60,452 bases of DNA from Catajapyx aquilonaris (GCA_000934665.2 KZ538022.1:124001-184452); one strand, 5' to 3'; shown: positions 38,501-52,274, numbered from the stretch's first letter. The notes: generated by a model not told the origin, from the sequence alone. Program-made: numbers and translations.

Positions 38501-41500
38501 TACGAGTACGTTTAAAAACCTTGGAGCAACTAGGGTTGCATGCTGACTGGATACGCCCCCCCTCCAAGCTTCATTCTGGCCAGCTTCAGAAAGGGCGAAA
38601 ATGAACTCTATCCAGCAAAAGCCTTGTGTTGGAATCGATCTTGTTCAGAGATGAGCCCGCAGCTCAGCGGTAGAAGATTCTGCGCTGCCTCAACCCTGTT
38701 TTATACTGGGCCAAGAAACAAGGAAGGGTTGTATCGGGTATACCCTATTTTTTTCTCCTTTTTCTTGCGTCTCGCCCCCAGGATGAGGAATGCTTTTGAA
38801 GTGATCTCCATGAAAACACGGTCGCTCCGAGTTTCAGGTAACAGTAGTTGGTTCAAGTTGCCCCCACGTTGGATGCCCCCGAGTAAAGTAGGGCAAGTAG
38901 ATCAACACGGAGATCAAGTGAAAAGGATGCAATTATCTCTCAAAGTGCGCAAGATGTGTAGATGCAATAAAAAATCAGTTCGTTAATTATTGAGACTGAT
39001 ATGCATTTCATTGTTACGCTGTTATGATAATGAACCAACAGGCAGTCAATGTTTAAGGTAGTTAAAAAAGGACATCTGAATGTGACTATATACTGTCTGT
39101 TGAAAAGGCAGATAACGGCTGAATTTTTTTGCATTCCCATAGCGAGAAAAGAGAGAGCATATACAGTGGATAGCGCAAAAATCCATATTTCGCTCATTTT
39201 TTTGCATGTCGGGGATATATTCAAGCGTGTTTGGGGTTGTCAGTTGATGTAAGGCCCAGGACTCCCAGCGTTTTTTATTCTCTACAAAGATGCTGGCAAC
39301 GCTCGGAGGTAAGAAGAAGAAGAATAAGAAGAAAAAAAAGGTGCGGAAAATATCTTCCCAAAACACGATATTATTTTCTGAGGCGTTATTATCTGATGGC
39401 ACCTCCATCTTCTTTCCTTTTTTTTCTCGACTGCTAACGCCCTTGTTCCGCTCGCCAAATCATGATTCATGTTTGGGTTCCTCATGCATTGCTAAAATAA
39501 GTATACCGGAAGATAATGCGATGTTCTTCCCCGTCCAATAGCGTGCTGAAAATATTCTGCGGATAATCAGTCGCTACTCGCTTCCAGAAGAAGAAAATCT
39601 TTAAATGTTAAATGTGTGTTTCTTTTACAATATAAGGAATGGAAATAATTTTAATCAAATAGCATATATTACATTTTTCTTGAAAGGAAGTAATCTACAT
39701 TGAAATAATTTCTATAAGTCAAATTTCAATATTTTTGGGGTATACCTCCAAATTGCAGCTATCTTGATCTCACATGCTAAAAGTTAGAAGAGCAGTAAAA
39801 AGTAGTAAAGTTGGTAAAGAAACTATCACTTCAAAAGGAAATGAATTTTCTAAATAATAAGCAACAAATTATAATTATACTTGTTTACCTCGTTTTTCGA
39901 CAGTATAATTAATATTGTGTACTTTTCATTGAGAAAATTGCTACTATTACAAATTCTAGCATGATTTTTTTCCCTCGAACTGACTGTTAAATTTTTGTTG
40001 CAATTCCCCAATGGGACACGACCAAAGTTTGCTCTGGCATCAGGACCTGCCAATCTAATTCAGTTTACAGTCATTAACGCGATCTAATGTCCAATTAAAC
40101 ATCGGCAAACAATTTGCTCTCTAATTAGCCTAATCATTTTTTCGAAGCTGCTGAGGATTTTCACCCACTCCCATTGTTTGAAAGCACTTACAACATACTA
40201 GTGCACCGCCCTTGTTCCCAAATCCAAGCAGTGGGTGAAACTAATTGTTCCCTAGCGTAATTACCAATGTCACATCATAATTGTTGCTTCTCTCGATACG
40301 ACGATTTTGTGAAAATGCGATTTTTAAAAATATTTTTCTGTATTTTTTTTTTGTAAAAATTGACTGCGGATCAGTTCATTCTTGGCAGGGTCTCAAAATT
40401 GCAAAATAGTAGGTCAATGTCTAACAGGCTGCAGTTCCAGGTGTCTTGGGAATGAGTATAGATGGCACGTAAGGAAGGTATCTCCCGGGAATCCCCCCTC
40501 GGTGTGAAGAAGTCGGGTCCAGAGAAGAAGAAGAAAAAAAAATGCGGCTTTGGAGTTGGTACATTTGCGGTCGAGAACGAGGATGGAATCTTTGAAGGGG
40601 GCCAAAGGAGACCTCCCTCCCCAAGCTTTCGGGGGCATTTATATTTCAAGGAAGAATCGTCCAATAAATTTCCTCACCAGTCGGGGAGGATTCCAACCCC
40701 CCCGGAACTGAGCCCCCACCTCCCACCTCCGAAAAAAAAGGAACAAACTCAACGGGAGGTACACTTGATTTTTCCCTCCCTCCTTCAACCAATTGATTAT
40801 CAGCTCTGGGGATCGCAATTTACGTCCAAGACGACGTGCCAGTCGGCAAAGAAGACACGTCCGTGACTTGTTTGTGGATTCTCCGGCCTCTTACCCCCAA
40901 TCAAAGGCCTGGGGGGTGTCCTTGCCGAAAAAGACCCAAGAGGCTGTCAGTAAATTCAGCCTGAAGATAGCAAAAAAAGGTGAGAAAAAGCCCTCCAATT
41001 ATGCGGCAAGAAACGAGACTAATTGGTTCAAAACTTGGATTTTGGCCAATATTTTGCACCGTGACCTAGCGTGACCTTATCAACTCTCAGGATTGAATGA
41101 GTCCGCACTGCATCGTTCGGGCAGGTCATAAACTTATCTGGCTTGAAGCAGCAAGAAAGTCTATAGTCTTTAATCGCCAAGAAAGGCGAGGCAAGGAGTC
41201 TGGGAGAATCCTCTTCCAATTCGTCTTAGGTCCTTTCCTCCTTCCCATGGATGCAACGTCTTTCCGCGCGGTAATGCCAAGCATCAAGGGCTCCATTAAA
41301 CAGCATTGTGAGCATCAAACTCGGAACCGTCTTTGCAGCAAAACCGGTGGAAAGTTAAGTGGATTTGCACTTAAGCTCTTTTTGGAAGGAAAAAGCTGCC
41401 TTAAGAACTATTAGAGAAAAGGACTGTCCTTCACCAAAAATTTTGGTACCACGACCTTCTGGCCTAGTTTGAAAATATGTTTTTTTTTTAAATTTTATTT

Positions 41501-43298
41501 TCGTACCCCGTTATGACCCTATAAGGAGTATAAGGGTCTTTAGGTAGAAGTCGTACAGAACTCAATCCCCCACAGTACAACAAAGAGCAAGAATAAATCA
41601 TTAAACTCCTCATTGCCGTTTTTGGTACACAGTGAACCCAAAATCTTATAGTTGAAAACATTTTGGTGCCGACGTCGCATGCGGAGGAAATATTACCAAT
41701 TAATTAGTCGGCTTTTTGGGTGCAAGATTCATCACGGAAAGGGGATGAAACAAGGTTCCAGTTAGTTACCCGATGCCACGGTTCCGGAATAATAAAATTA
41801 CTAGCACGCGCGTTATTTGTATGCAAATTGGAAAGAGCCACTTCCCACTCTACGCCCCCCAAAAAAACCTTAAGACGAAGGAAAATATATGTAAAAAATA
41901 TTTGAAGACTACCGCCACTTCAAGGCCTGTATTACTGTACTTTTTTTTTGAAACGTGTAATTTTGTACCCCCTTTAATTTTACTTCCATCGTCTGGAGCT
42001 GACATCGGGGGTACACTTTGTTACTGTTTTAAAAANCCCCCCCCATGATATGAAATTCCATACATTGTCTGCCCTATGGATTCATTTTTCTCCCGGAGCT
42101 CGAGCCTATAATAATTCCTGGTTTAGAAGCCGAAAATTGCAACGCCCGTTTTAATTAAGCGGTTGCAGCAACTCGCCCTCAATAACACATGATTTTTGTT
42201 CTGTACAGGGTGGGGCAGGATCGATCCCTAGTTATTAATTGCACGATCATCTCTAATAATAACACGAGCGGATATAGAGTTAGCGACGTGACTAGGTTGA
42301 AGGCGCTCCTTCAGAAAATAAGAAAATCTGTGCACACATTTTGTGTAGACATGTTGACCTCTTGACCTGAGCCGTGCACAAAACAAACTCTCGAACTTGC
42401 GCTAGCTCCATCTGCTAAACGCTGAATCGGATTCGTGGACCAAAAAGATGAAACGAATTTTCGGAGGGGTGCTCTTGCTAAGGGGCTTCTCCTAACTGCG
42501 CCTTTTCCCCCCACTTTCGAGAGAATAAGAGAGAGACGGGGGGCTTGAGTCACACGAGTCTTCAAAGGCAGCGTCGAAATCAACGCCTCTCTATGCCGAC
42601 GGTCAAATCTCCCGGGTCAACACGACACTTTTTACCAGTGATTCATCCCTTTTATATCATCCAGAATAAGGGACAAGCCGAGCATACATTCCCCTTCTCC
42701 CGGGATCTCCTGTGGGAATAAAAGGGAGACGAACCCTCTCTATTCTGTCCAGGGCTCTTTCACTTTAAATTTTTTTTATTTTAGAGAAAGAAAAACGCTA
42801 ACAAGAAAAGTGTGGCAGAGTGGCTTATGGGATTAATAGATGATGAATTTATGACCTCCCAGCCTCTCTTCCCCCGTGGAGCGTACCGTATTACAGTGTC
42901 TGCCAAATAAGAAAATCAGGGGGTCCCCCCCGCATTACGCGCATAAAAGGGGCGGGTGCTGTCAATAAATTTGACACGGGTTGGCTTTTAAGCTTCAAAA
43001 GGATCCGCGTAAGACGAGTTAGTCCAAAAATCAGCGTACATCAAACCTGATTGTAATGGACATTAAACTTGTGCATACGGAATGAATAACGCAAAAAATT
43101 TCGCATCTAACGAAATTGATATAAACTGAAATAACGTAGCTCATATAATGGTCTGAAACAGTATAACATAGCTGATATGATGGACCTGACATAACTGATA
43201 TAATGGGCTATGTAGGCCTAACTGATATAACAGTGCTGTTCTAATAGGCTACAACCGATATTATCATTGATATGGACTTATAACCAATATCATAGAGT

Positions 43299-43543
43299 TG
43301 ATATAACATAGCTGACAGCGTGGTGGCTATAACTGATATAACATAGAGCTGATAGCATGGTGGCTAAAACTGATATAACATAGCTGATAGCATGGTGACT
43401 ATAACTGAGATAACATAGCTGATAGCATGGTGGCTATAACTGATATAACATAGCTGATAGCATGGTGGCTATAACTGATATAACATAGCTGATAGCATGG
43501 TGGCTATAACTGATATAACATAGCTGATATAATAGGCTATGAC
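43299..43543. repeat. 35-bp minisatellite TGATATAACATAGCTGATAGCATGGTGGCTATAAC, ~7 copies, with degenerate flanks (~43120-43760)
   Basis: Near-identical tandem units are visible. Related degenerate sequence recurs at ~45235-45360. Confidence 0.92.
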
Positions 43544-43590
43544 TGATAACAGCTAATACAATATAGCCGATAACATCGCTACTTATAATG

Positions 43591-43681
43591 CAGTTGAATC
43601 CGGATATAACAGGCTTCAAAGGACCGCGAAAATCGGTCTGTTATCTGTTATAGCCGAGGCTGTTATATTCGGATTCAACTG
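43591..43681. mobile_element. 91-bp pogo/Tigger-like MITE
   Basis: tg|CAGTTGAATCCGGATATAACAG ... CTGTTATATTCGGATTCAACTG|ta: a 22-bp TIR with one mismatch. The right flank is TA and the left flank is TG. Confidence 0.75.
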
Positions 43682-44240
43682 TATAACCAATACAGCTGAT
43701 ATATAGCTTACATAACAGCTGTTTTAAATAAAAACGAATATACGTAAACTGATAACTCACGAGCTTTTAAAATTTTAGCCGTATTTTTTGCAAAATGGGG
43801 CGATTCAGCCATATAGACACGTTTTCGCAATATATGCGACAGAAAACGGCAGGAGATAAATTAAGCGCGCATCGTGCGCATGCAATTTTCGTCACGCGTA
43901 ACACGTAATTATGGGGCCTGTTTTTGTAGCGCCTTCTCTCTCTCTCTCTCTCGGTGTATAATAAAATTTCCCTTACTTTTTTTTCACAGTTGAAAACTAT
44001 GCACACACGCACCTAACTTGAATGTAATTCCAACCGGAAAAAACTACGGCTCCGTCATAATGAGAATCTATTAGGTGCTTATTACTGCAAATTACAAAGG
44101 CATCCATGCATTTTCTGGGGAGGGAGGGCGGAATAAATTACCCGTAGCAATGGAAAACTCCGGCGAAGCTATGCGATACTCTGGGTAAAATGGGTAAGCC
44201 ACAAGTTTGGGAAGTGATAGCAGGTTACGATATTAGTAAT

Positions 44241-44402
44241 CGCTGCACTGTCCGCGTGGTACCTTACTTCGTTCATAGGTGGCGCTTCCTCCCTCTCTGC
44301 ACACTACTGCCACTCTCAGGGTCGTGCGGTGGAAGCTGGCACTACATGCACCTAGCTCACCACGGACAAACAGAGGCACAGACTACGATTTACTATCGAT
44401 GA
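44241..44402 (-). mobile_element. Helitron-type family, copy 2
   Basis: cataggtggcgc...actgccactctcagggtcgtgcg...gctcaccacggacaaacagaggcacagact aligns with 11240-11345. Confidence 0.65.
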
Positions 44403-44873
44403 TGACAATTCCTCCACAGTAATAGCATATGACAATTGAAATCACCTTCGATCTTTGGCTGGTAGAAAAAGCGCACTTTGCCTGATGCACTTCCGTTCCT
44501 TTCCCATTCTCCTCACAAATTAGATTTTTTTTCCACTGCTACTCTTTCTCTCCCCTCCTTCCCCCACTTTCTCCCCCCTCCCCAGTAGCACTCCCTTCGG
44601 CCTCGTCCTTCCTATTGTACAGCCCATAAGGGACGCCCCATTCAAGTCCAGGCAACGCACCGAAGCAACCTGTGACGCAGACACGTCATTCCACGTCAGG
44701 ATCGGGTTTTATGTCGGGGAAGGTCACCGTATCCGTGTCATGGGTCGGACCATCTGACACCCACACAAAAAGGGAAAGGGGGGACGTATTAAATGTACCG
44801 CGACAGACGGGGTTGACACGTGGAACCTAACACCTCACAGGGAAAGAACAGACTATAAATGAATCTTTTTTTA

Positions 44874-45451
44874 CGAGAGCAACAGAGTGCGCATCACAGT
44901 TCGCTCAGTGTGCACGGTTAGCATTATCACACACAGTTGGTAACCTCTCCGTATAGTGGGCGTTCTGGTAAATACACGCTGCACTTATTTCCAACGCTAC
45001 ACTCGATGGAAAATAACATGGCTGACTTTTGCAACGTCTCCAAGGCTCTGGGCCCGTATACTGGCCGAGGCTGTCTCGAGTTGAACTCGAGTATGCCTGA
45101 CGTCAAAATGACGTATGCAGACCAATCCGGGGCAGGGGAGCCTACGTCATTTTGACGTCAAGCAGAGTCGCATCCTCGAGTTCAACTCGAGACGTCGGGG
45201 TCCAGTATACAGGTCCAGGAACGAACCGGAAAGGCTATGATGTGAGCTGATTTAATATAGCTTAACTGATAAAATAGCTGATACAATAAGATGTAATCAA
45301 TATAACAGTTAATACTTAACTGATAACGTAGCTGTTATAATAAAACGATATCACTTATATGTGGACTTTGGCCCCTGGGGATCGCCTCTGGCAATGCTGT
45401 TGTCACGAGAGAGGAGCAGCGCGAGTGAGGGTGCGCACTCGGTTGCGCTAG
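44874..45451 (-). mobile_element. TIR element copy B (inverted relative to 24007-24261) with internal insertions
   Basis: Ends are ta|cgagagcaacagagtgcgc and gcgagtgagggtgcgcactcggttgcgctag, and both align to copy A. It contains a hairpin MITE and a GATATAAC-type degenerate repeat. Confidence 0.65.
45051..45215. mobile_element. 165-bp Harbinger-like fold-back MITE
   Basis: ctg|ggcccgtatactgg...gtctcgagttgaactcgag...tgacgtcaaaatgacgta / tacgtcattttgacgtca...ctcgagttcaactcgagac...ccagtatacaggtc|cag. The terminal G..CCGTATACT motif is shared with 24167-24235. Confidence 0.75.
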
Positions 45452-46190
45452 TTCAATAAAAAAAAACACACCCTATCGATGCGCAACTTACACTTAGGCT
45501 CATCACATTTTTAAAAATCGAAACAAGCTAAACACAAGGTGGTTTTGAAATCTAAGCGGCATGTTAAATTTTTCAGTCAGCAAATAGAGTCTGATGCGGG
45601 CTTTGCAATAATTCATTACCCCGAAAATTGCATCGAATTGCGCACCAATGCAAATGTTGGTCCAATGCAACACGCCACGGCTCCACCCCCCGGTATAAGC
45701 CGCTCCAACAACTAACCATTATTTACAGACTTGTGCATGATGTTTACATGATGGATTGACTTCGCCATGCTTACCACCGCATTCATTATGTTGTTGTTTA
45801 CCCTAATACCAGTGCCGGGTGCAGCCCGCATAACACCCTTGTTAACTGCGACTGCATTTATTTTTTTTATACATGCACTGCTTTTAAATCAGGGAGCTCA
45901 ATTTTAACAGCTACGCTTGCATCGCGGAAAAGCCTGCAAATTTTTTTGACTGATTTTTGAAGGACGCGTAACTAGCTGTTTACATCCGCATGAATGGTGT
46001 CCTAATACCGTGTTACAAGAGGGTGGGAATTATCGATTGTTTGATCTAGCATCCAGTTAAATTTAAAGCAGTAATCAGCATCTTATTCACCTTGTTACAA
46101 TGATGGTTGCTGGGGTTAACAATCCATAATCCCTCTCTCACACACTTATGATGCGTATGCAAAATTTCGGATATTATTAGTACTACTATT

Positions 46191-46283
46191 ATAATTGGCT
46201 GGGGTCTGTGACTCCGTCCGCGTTGAGTGCGCCAACTATGTGGGAGATATGGTACTACGTCCACAGTTGGGGCAGCGTTGCCA
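46191..46283 (+). mobile_element. Helitron-type family, copy 3 (internally deleted)
   Basis: ataattggctggggtctgtgactccgt...tgcgccaactatgtgggagatatggtac is the reverse complement of both ends of 11240-11354. Confidence 0.55.
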
Positions 46284-47588
46284 AATTTTCGGTTCACTCT
46301 CGTATTATACATGTACATATTAGAATTCAGATAACAAAGTTGGTGCAGTGCTTATAATTTGATTAATCTAAAATTATGAATGTAGTTAAATGGCCGATAT
46401 TTACAGATTCTATTTTAGTGCTCGTAGCTGCAGCATACAATAATTATTCATAACTTATTTAAACCGAATAAACTATCCGGGACGTGATGCCGCTGCAACG
46501 CTCGTGTATTGTTTAATTGAAATTGTAGCGCCAGGCAATTGATGAAATGTATTGCCACCACACTGTCCTATTTAGCGGGCGCTGACGCAATTTGCGCAGT
46601 TAAATTTTTTTCTTTGGCAAATCGCGGTAAACAGAATGATATGGTCCACGCCGATTCTATTCGCGGTGTAATTGCATCGGATTGTAAGCGGATTAACTCC
46701 TGACCGATGGTTGTTGAAGCACACGCCGCACTTGCTCCACACTCATTATTCCTGCGACACACACACACACACCGGTGTTTTCTAATAACAATAACCGCCA
46801 ATGACATGACATAATACTGTACACAACAATTATTATAAAACTTCCATTTCATGCGAGAGCACATTCGGTAATAATTCTGACAACAAAGAGTAGATATACC
46901 TGTGCAGTCGAAATGAGCCGGCGTATATGACCAACGGGCACAAGAAATATACACCCCTGTCCCATCAGTCATTTTTGACACATGTTGCTAATTAACGGGC
47001 ATGACTGATGGCCAGACACGCTCGCCTTGCGCGCTCATTGCTCTGACCACATTTGTGTCAGGACCTGTTGTTTTGACAGTACATTACATACACTTTATTT
47101 TTACTACATACGCTACTATTTAATTCGAGCCGGAAAGAGCAGCTAGAAACATTGTCCGCGAATAACTCACGATGTAATGTGTTTTTAATATTTGATGCGG
47201 TTGATATTGTACAAAAGAATACCGGTACCGCAGCTAAATTTGGTCGCCAGCTTTGGTTACACCTGGGCAGAAAATTTATGCTATTTTGCGCGCTCCAAAA
47301 TAGCACTCGAATTTGTAGGGCGTACTTTTGGACTGTGCAAATGATGTACATTGAGGTATCCCACTGTTTTATTCTGGCCCAATAAATTCATTAGGCTCAG
47401 GAACGCTGAACACGCAAATTGAATTCGCAACAAAATTCTCTGCAAGCCGAAGGGAATATTGTTACTCTCTCAATTATTTTGCGGGATCCCGCTCAATGCG
47501 AGTGGTTTTTAAACCCCACTTTTAAAAATACTTGTTACAGCACATATTGAATACTCAATTTAACTTACTTATGTACAGTACAGATATA

Positions 47589-47744
47589 CCGTAATTTACG
47601 GATCAATTTCTCTAAATTCCGTAGTCAGTCGAAAAAATTGCTCAAAGCATTCCTTGCTATTTAAGTGTCGAAATGGTGGGAAGCATTAAAATATTTTAAT
47701 ATATTTTTTTCAAAATAAATAGGAAAAATCCATAATTAATACGG
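47589..47744. mobile_element. Degenerate pogo/Tigger-like MITE with TA|CCGTA termini
   Basis: ta|ccgtaatttacggatc ... atccataattaatacgg|ta; imperfect TIR with TA on both sides. Confidence 0.45.
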
Positions 47745-49650
47745 TAATCTACGTACTTTTTCTAGTTATTTTTCTGTAACTTGCTTTGATGTTCCTCACG
47801 TCATATGAATTCTTATTGAATGGAGCGGACTACATATTTCACAAAAATGTTCATATTTAACATGTATCTTTGAAGCATAACTTTTATGCAAAAATTGCTA
47901 GTTTGCTAATTCGATTCTTAAAAAATACCGCCAATTTGTGCAAAATCTTTACTGGTTCCATAAATTCTTTATTCAGCGGAAGATCTTTCAATTAAATTAG
48001 CTCACCTAAAGAATTATTATTAGGCGCATAAAATCTATCGAACACATCAAATTTAAATGAGGAATTTATTTTTAACCCATTGCATTTGCTGGCTAATGAA
48101 TGACGCCGCCCTGTGCAAACCTGATTGCAACCGCAGGCCAAAAAATCAGACGCAAGCCAATAAAAATTGCATGCATGCTAATCCAGTTGATACACACACT
48201 CGACAATATATATGCGCGCTGATGATAAATTAACACAAAAATCCGGGGAGGCCACACACACACACTCGACACATATTTACGACCGCTAGTGTTCAAAGCA
48301 CTATTTTTTCATATCCCCACTTCAGGCCATGGGTATGGCCAAATCGGATATGAGCCATTAGGGTGCATTATCGAATACCATTTTTTTTTGTACCTCCCAC
48401 CCTTTTTCTATGCACCGTTATGTAATATCAAGCCGGTGCATGCCATCGACTCTTATCAATATTTCATGCGAAATTTGGGCCAGGCACAAGCATCGGTGTC
48501 GCTAAAAAAGAGAGAGAGAGAGGTGTACTTAGGGTCCACTGATGAGTCCATTAGCTGCGTGCAAGCCCCCGGATAACACATGGGCCGACCTTTTTCCGCC
48601 TCCGGACCGCAGACATACGGATTTAATTGAAGTATTTGTTGCACTTGCCCTAATTAGAGAAGGCCATGCTTTTCACAGCTACTGAACAATCTGAATATCC
48701 AGAAATCACCGCTACGTCACTAACGGTATAGCTGCCAGTTGCATGTTGCAATCGCCGCCAATCATTTGATTTGATTAGGAAGAAGCCAAAGCAACAATGG
48801 CTATCTGACTGTCAGAAGACATGAAGGTGGGATAGATGGAGACAGACACAGCAAAGAGCAGCATGAAAGCGGTATCCCTCTTTGTCTGTCTCCTAACCCC
48901 AAAGACCTGTCCGACTTGGGAAACCCTGTCAACTAGTAGACGAAGCTACCACCAGCACAGCTCCTCGGGGTCACGGGAGAAACATAAGCCCCCACCACGC
49001 CATCGGGGGGCTATTTTTTACTAACAGCTAGGGTCACTCAAAACCGCTATTACATGCAACTGCTATTTTTGCTGCTTTCCTATTCACTGTTATTTTTGCT
49101 ACTGTGAGCCTATTTTCTGCTATTTTTTGCTAACACTAGTAGCGATGACTGTTAGCCTCCAGCAAGAGAAACGTGCTGGCACCTGCGAAGGAGAATCGTG
49201 TCCTGTTCATCCTTGGGGTCCAGACCTCTTTTCATGCTTATGGGGGCCAGTCAGGCCCCCCTCTCATTAGCCGGATAGAATATGGTCATTTCCGACACTG
49301 ATTACACGGCTCAGTCTGAGTGAGGGAGAGGCATTGTTTGCCCTGCCATGACAATGGTTGCCCGCCTATTATCTTACCTCTCTCTCTCGTTTCTGAATAG
49401 GAGTCAACTGGTAGCCCGCCCCCCCTCCGGACACGCCCGCTTCAAACAAATTTGTTGCCGGCTCGGACCTAAACTTCTCTTCACCAGGGGAGGGGCAAAA
49501 CGGTACCGATATTATATGGATACTAAATGTCTCGAGAGATGGTACAGGGAGTCACAACGAGGCCTTATTAATAGCTGGGGCTAATGAAACGGTATTTACT
49601 AAACGAGGGTCATAACCTGGACGATGGTCACGCCCACCTGATTCTTAAAC

Positions 49651-49727
49651 AGGTAGTGCCACCTCAGAGTGGCAGTAGAATGCGCCATCTATGCGAGGAA
49701 TATGGTACGACGTAGGCACTGTTGCCA
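49651..49727 (+). mobile_element. Helitron-type family, copy 4 (fragment)
   Basis: gagtggcagtagaatgcgccatctatgcgaggaatatggtac is the reverse complement of 11240-11280. Confidence 0.6.
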
Positions 49728-50960
49728 AGTGCTGTGAATCTAAAATTAATTTGAGCAATTTTAGACTTCTTTACATTTCCCCATAATTCGGCTTCCAACG
49801 GTCATGCAGTTTGCCTAAATTTGTTTCCTCACATTTTCACTTTTCCGGCCCAGCCTCCGGGTCAAGCCAACACTTTTGCCAATACTAAAATCGGTAAAAT
49901 GTTGGTCTTGTCCAGGTCCATTATCTCTTTTTTTTTTCTAGAACTAGCCCCAGCAGCTAGCAAGGTCCGGTGTTGTAATCGGTTTTGGCGGAGCTCGAAA
50001 ATCACATTTCCATTTCCTGCACTTTGCCGGCCGTGTTTTTCCTTGAGAAAAGTGCCTGTTATTGCAACCCTAGATTTAAAAAAACCTGTTTTTGCACTGT
50101 ACTATCGGATGTAACGAAAAAAAAGTGTTCTCAATGGAATATTATTGTTCGTCTTTCGCCGCGAAATGAATTTTGAGCCCTAAAGGGGCCTTCCCAGGAA
50201 TATGACATACCCGACTGCATCTGAAACCTTCCCGATAGATCCCAGAAAAGTTTGCGTGCAAAAAAAATCGACGAATGGTCCGCTAAAAAAGTTGTATTCA
50301 AGAGCTCTTTTTTGCAATCATGCATTTTAACTAGAATAACAATGTACTTTATGCGCCACATAGGTTGAGGAAAAAATTCGCAATTTTTTCGCAAAATCCG
50401 GGTGAGTCCTACTTCCTGAAGGTAAAAGTGTGTATCTTTACAACTGTTGCTGAAGCCTGCCCGTTACGGTATCAGTCAAGAGTGAATCGCAAAAAAAAAG
50501 CGGAAAACGTGGAGGGGGAGAAAATCCGAGCCTTCTCCTAAAGTTCGCAGTTCTTCTAACTCCATCACTTATCTGATTTGGCATTTGGGGATTGACTTTA
50601 TTCCCGACACGGGCTTGGAGAGCAGCAAGCGAGTCGCCTTCCGTCTCTTCAAAGCTTCTTCGCCAAAAAATCCACCAACTACACCACCCTCAGCAACTCT
50701 TTAGAAAATTCATCGAATTCTTCCCAGCAAAAACTAATTGCTTTAACAAACCTTCGATCGAAAAGTGCGGATGAAGAATGAGCAGAAAATCAGACTCAAC
50801 GAAGAAGACAAGACAATGAACAAAATTTGCACCAAAAAAAATCCAGCACTGACAATATTATATTTTCTGGAATGTTTGAACCTGTTATTTTATGTTGATT
50901 TTATTTTTATCGTATTAGTAGTTAACTTATTGCCAAAACTGATAGAAGATGATGAGCAAT

Positions 50961-51009
50961 CCCCGACAAACAGAGGCACATACTCGAGCCAATTCTTTAT
51001 ACTGCATGA
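50961..51009 (-). mobile_element. Helitron-type family, 5'-terminal fragment
   Basis: The minus strand reads a|TCatgcagtataaagaattggctcgagtatgtgcctctgtttgtcgg: a TC start after A, an AT-rich leader, then the family sequence. Confidence 0.55.
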
Positions 51010-52274
51010 TTTTATTTCTTACATTATAATTTTATTCAGTAAGACCCTACATAGTAAACTAACTTAAAAGAAAAACGCGAGTGAAGCGAGTGTTTCTCTA
51101 ACCGCAGTCATAGGAATAGGCGAGCGAAGCGAGGGTTTTTCTCTTGGTTTTTTAGTACTAAACTTAATGGTAGGCATTAGAGTTATTCTGCATTTTATTT
51201 ATTTATATTTTCATTTTTCAGTTATGCATATAGTTATAGTGTTATGTAGCCTACAACTACCGTTTATGTATTTTATTTTTTGTTGAATGGATAGAACGCT
51301 TCAATATTCGTGTAGGAAAGTAAGACTCCACCTTTTGCAATCAGGCGACAATCGCTCGGTAATTGCGAAGTGGGTACAAATTACCGGGTAGTTTGGTGGG
51401 GGGTGATCAAATTGGTTAGATATTGCGTATCCGCCTACCCCCTCTTCTCCTATATTGCTGCTTAATACCCATCAAGGACAGACTGCGTAACGAGGTGGGG
51501 ATGGAAATTTACAGACGATTATTCGCCTCCTACAGAAAATTACACGGGCATAAAGTGAGGCGGGGAGGGGGCGGGGGGTTTGATCGCTTATCGGCTACCA
51601 CGCCTGATCATTTATTCCTATCTGATGCAGCAGCAGCGAAAGAAGAAGAAGAGAGAAAAACCGGTATAAAGAGATGGAAGATGGTGTTGAAAGCGGGCTG
51701 GATGCCAGCCAAGGGTGTCAGCACAGACACATTTTGCAATACCCCGAATTTTCGCCAAGGATTTTGCGCGTATTTGTCAACAATGTGTTGAGTGCAATAA
51801 ACGCGTGCCAAGTACCAGCTCGATAATAAGGAGGGACAAAATAATCCGGGGATTAGGTCCCCCTTCTTTTTTTTATGCTATCAAAGTGTAGTCTGAAGTG
51901 CCGGGCCTGAAATCAAGCTGGCAAAATCACGAGTGACAGTGTTAATCCTTTTCCCTTTCCCTCTCTCTGCTCGTCTCAGGTTAACACTCCTCCTCTCCCC
52001 TTACCAGAAGCCCCTGTCAATGTAATTTCGTCAACGCTTTTGGAAGGACCCCCCCTTCAGTCCCCGCACTGCGCGTTGTTACCTTTCCCACCCATTCACG
52101 GACTGGAAGATTTAATCTCATTCAGTTCTCTCTCTCTCTCTTTTTTTTTTACCTCGTCTATCTCTCGAGTGTCCAAAAAGTTTGGGGAGGGGATCCGGAC
52201 ACAATGCGCACGTGGCGCCGGATTTTCCGTGACAATTAGAGCCACCAAACAAGAGGCGTGATTTCTGACTAACC

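Noticed and set aside
43299..43543. 35-bp repeats of CRISPR-like length
   Set aside because: Units are head-to-tail with no unique spacers, there are no cas genes, and the context is eukaryotic.
48539..48585. CTGATGAGTCC hammerhead-like start
   Set aside because: No matching GGACGAAA or closing stems.
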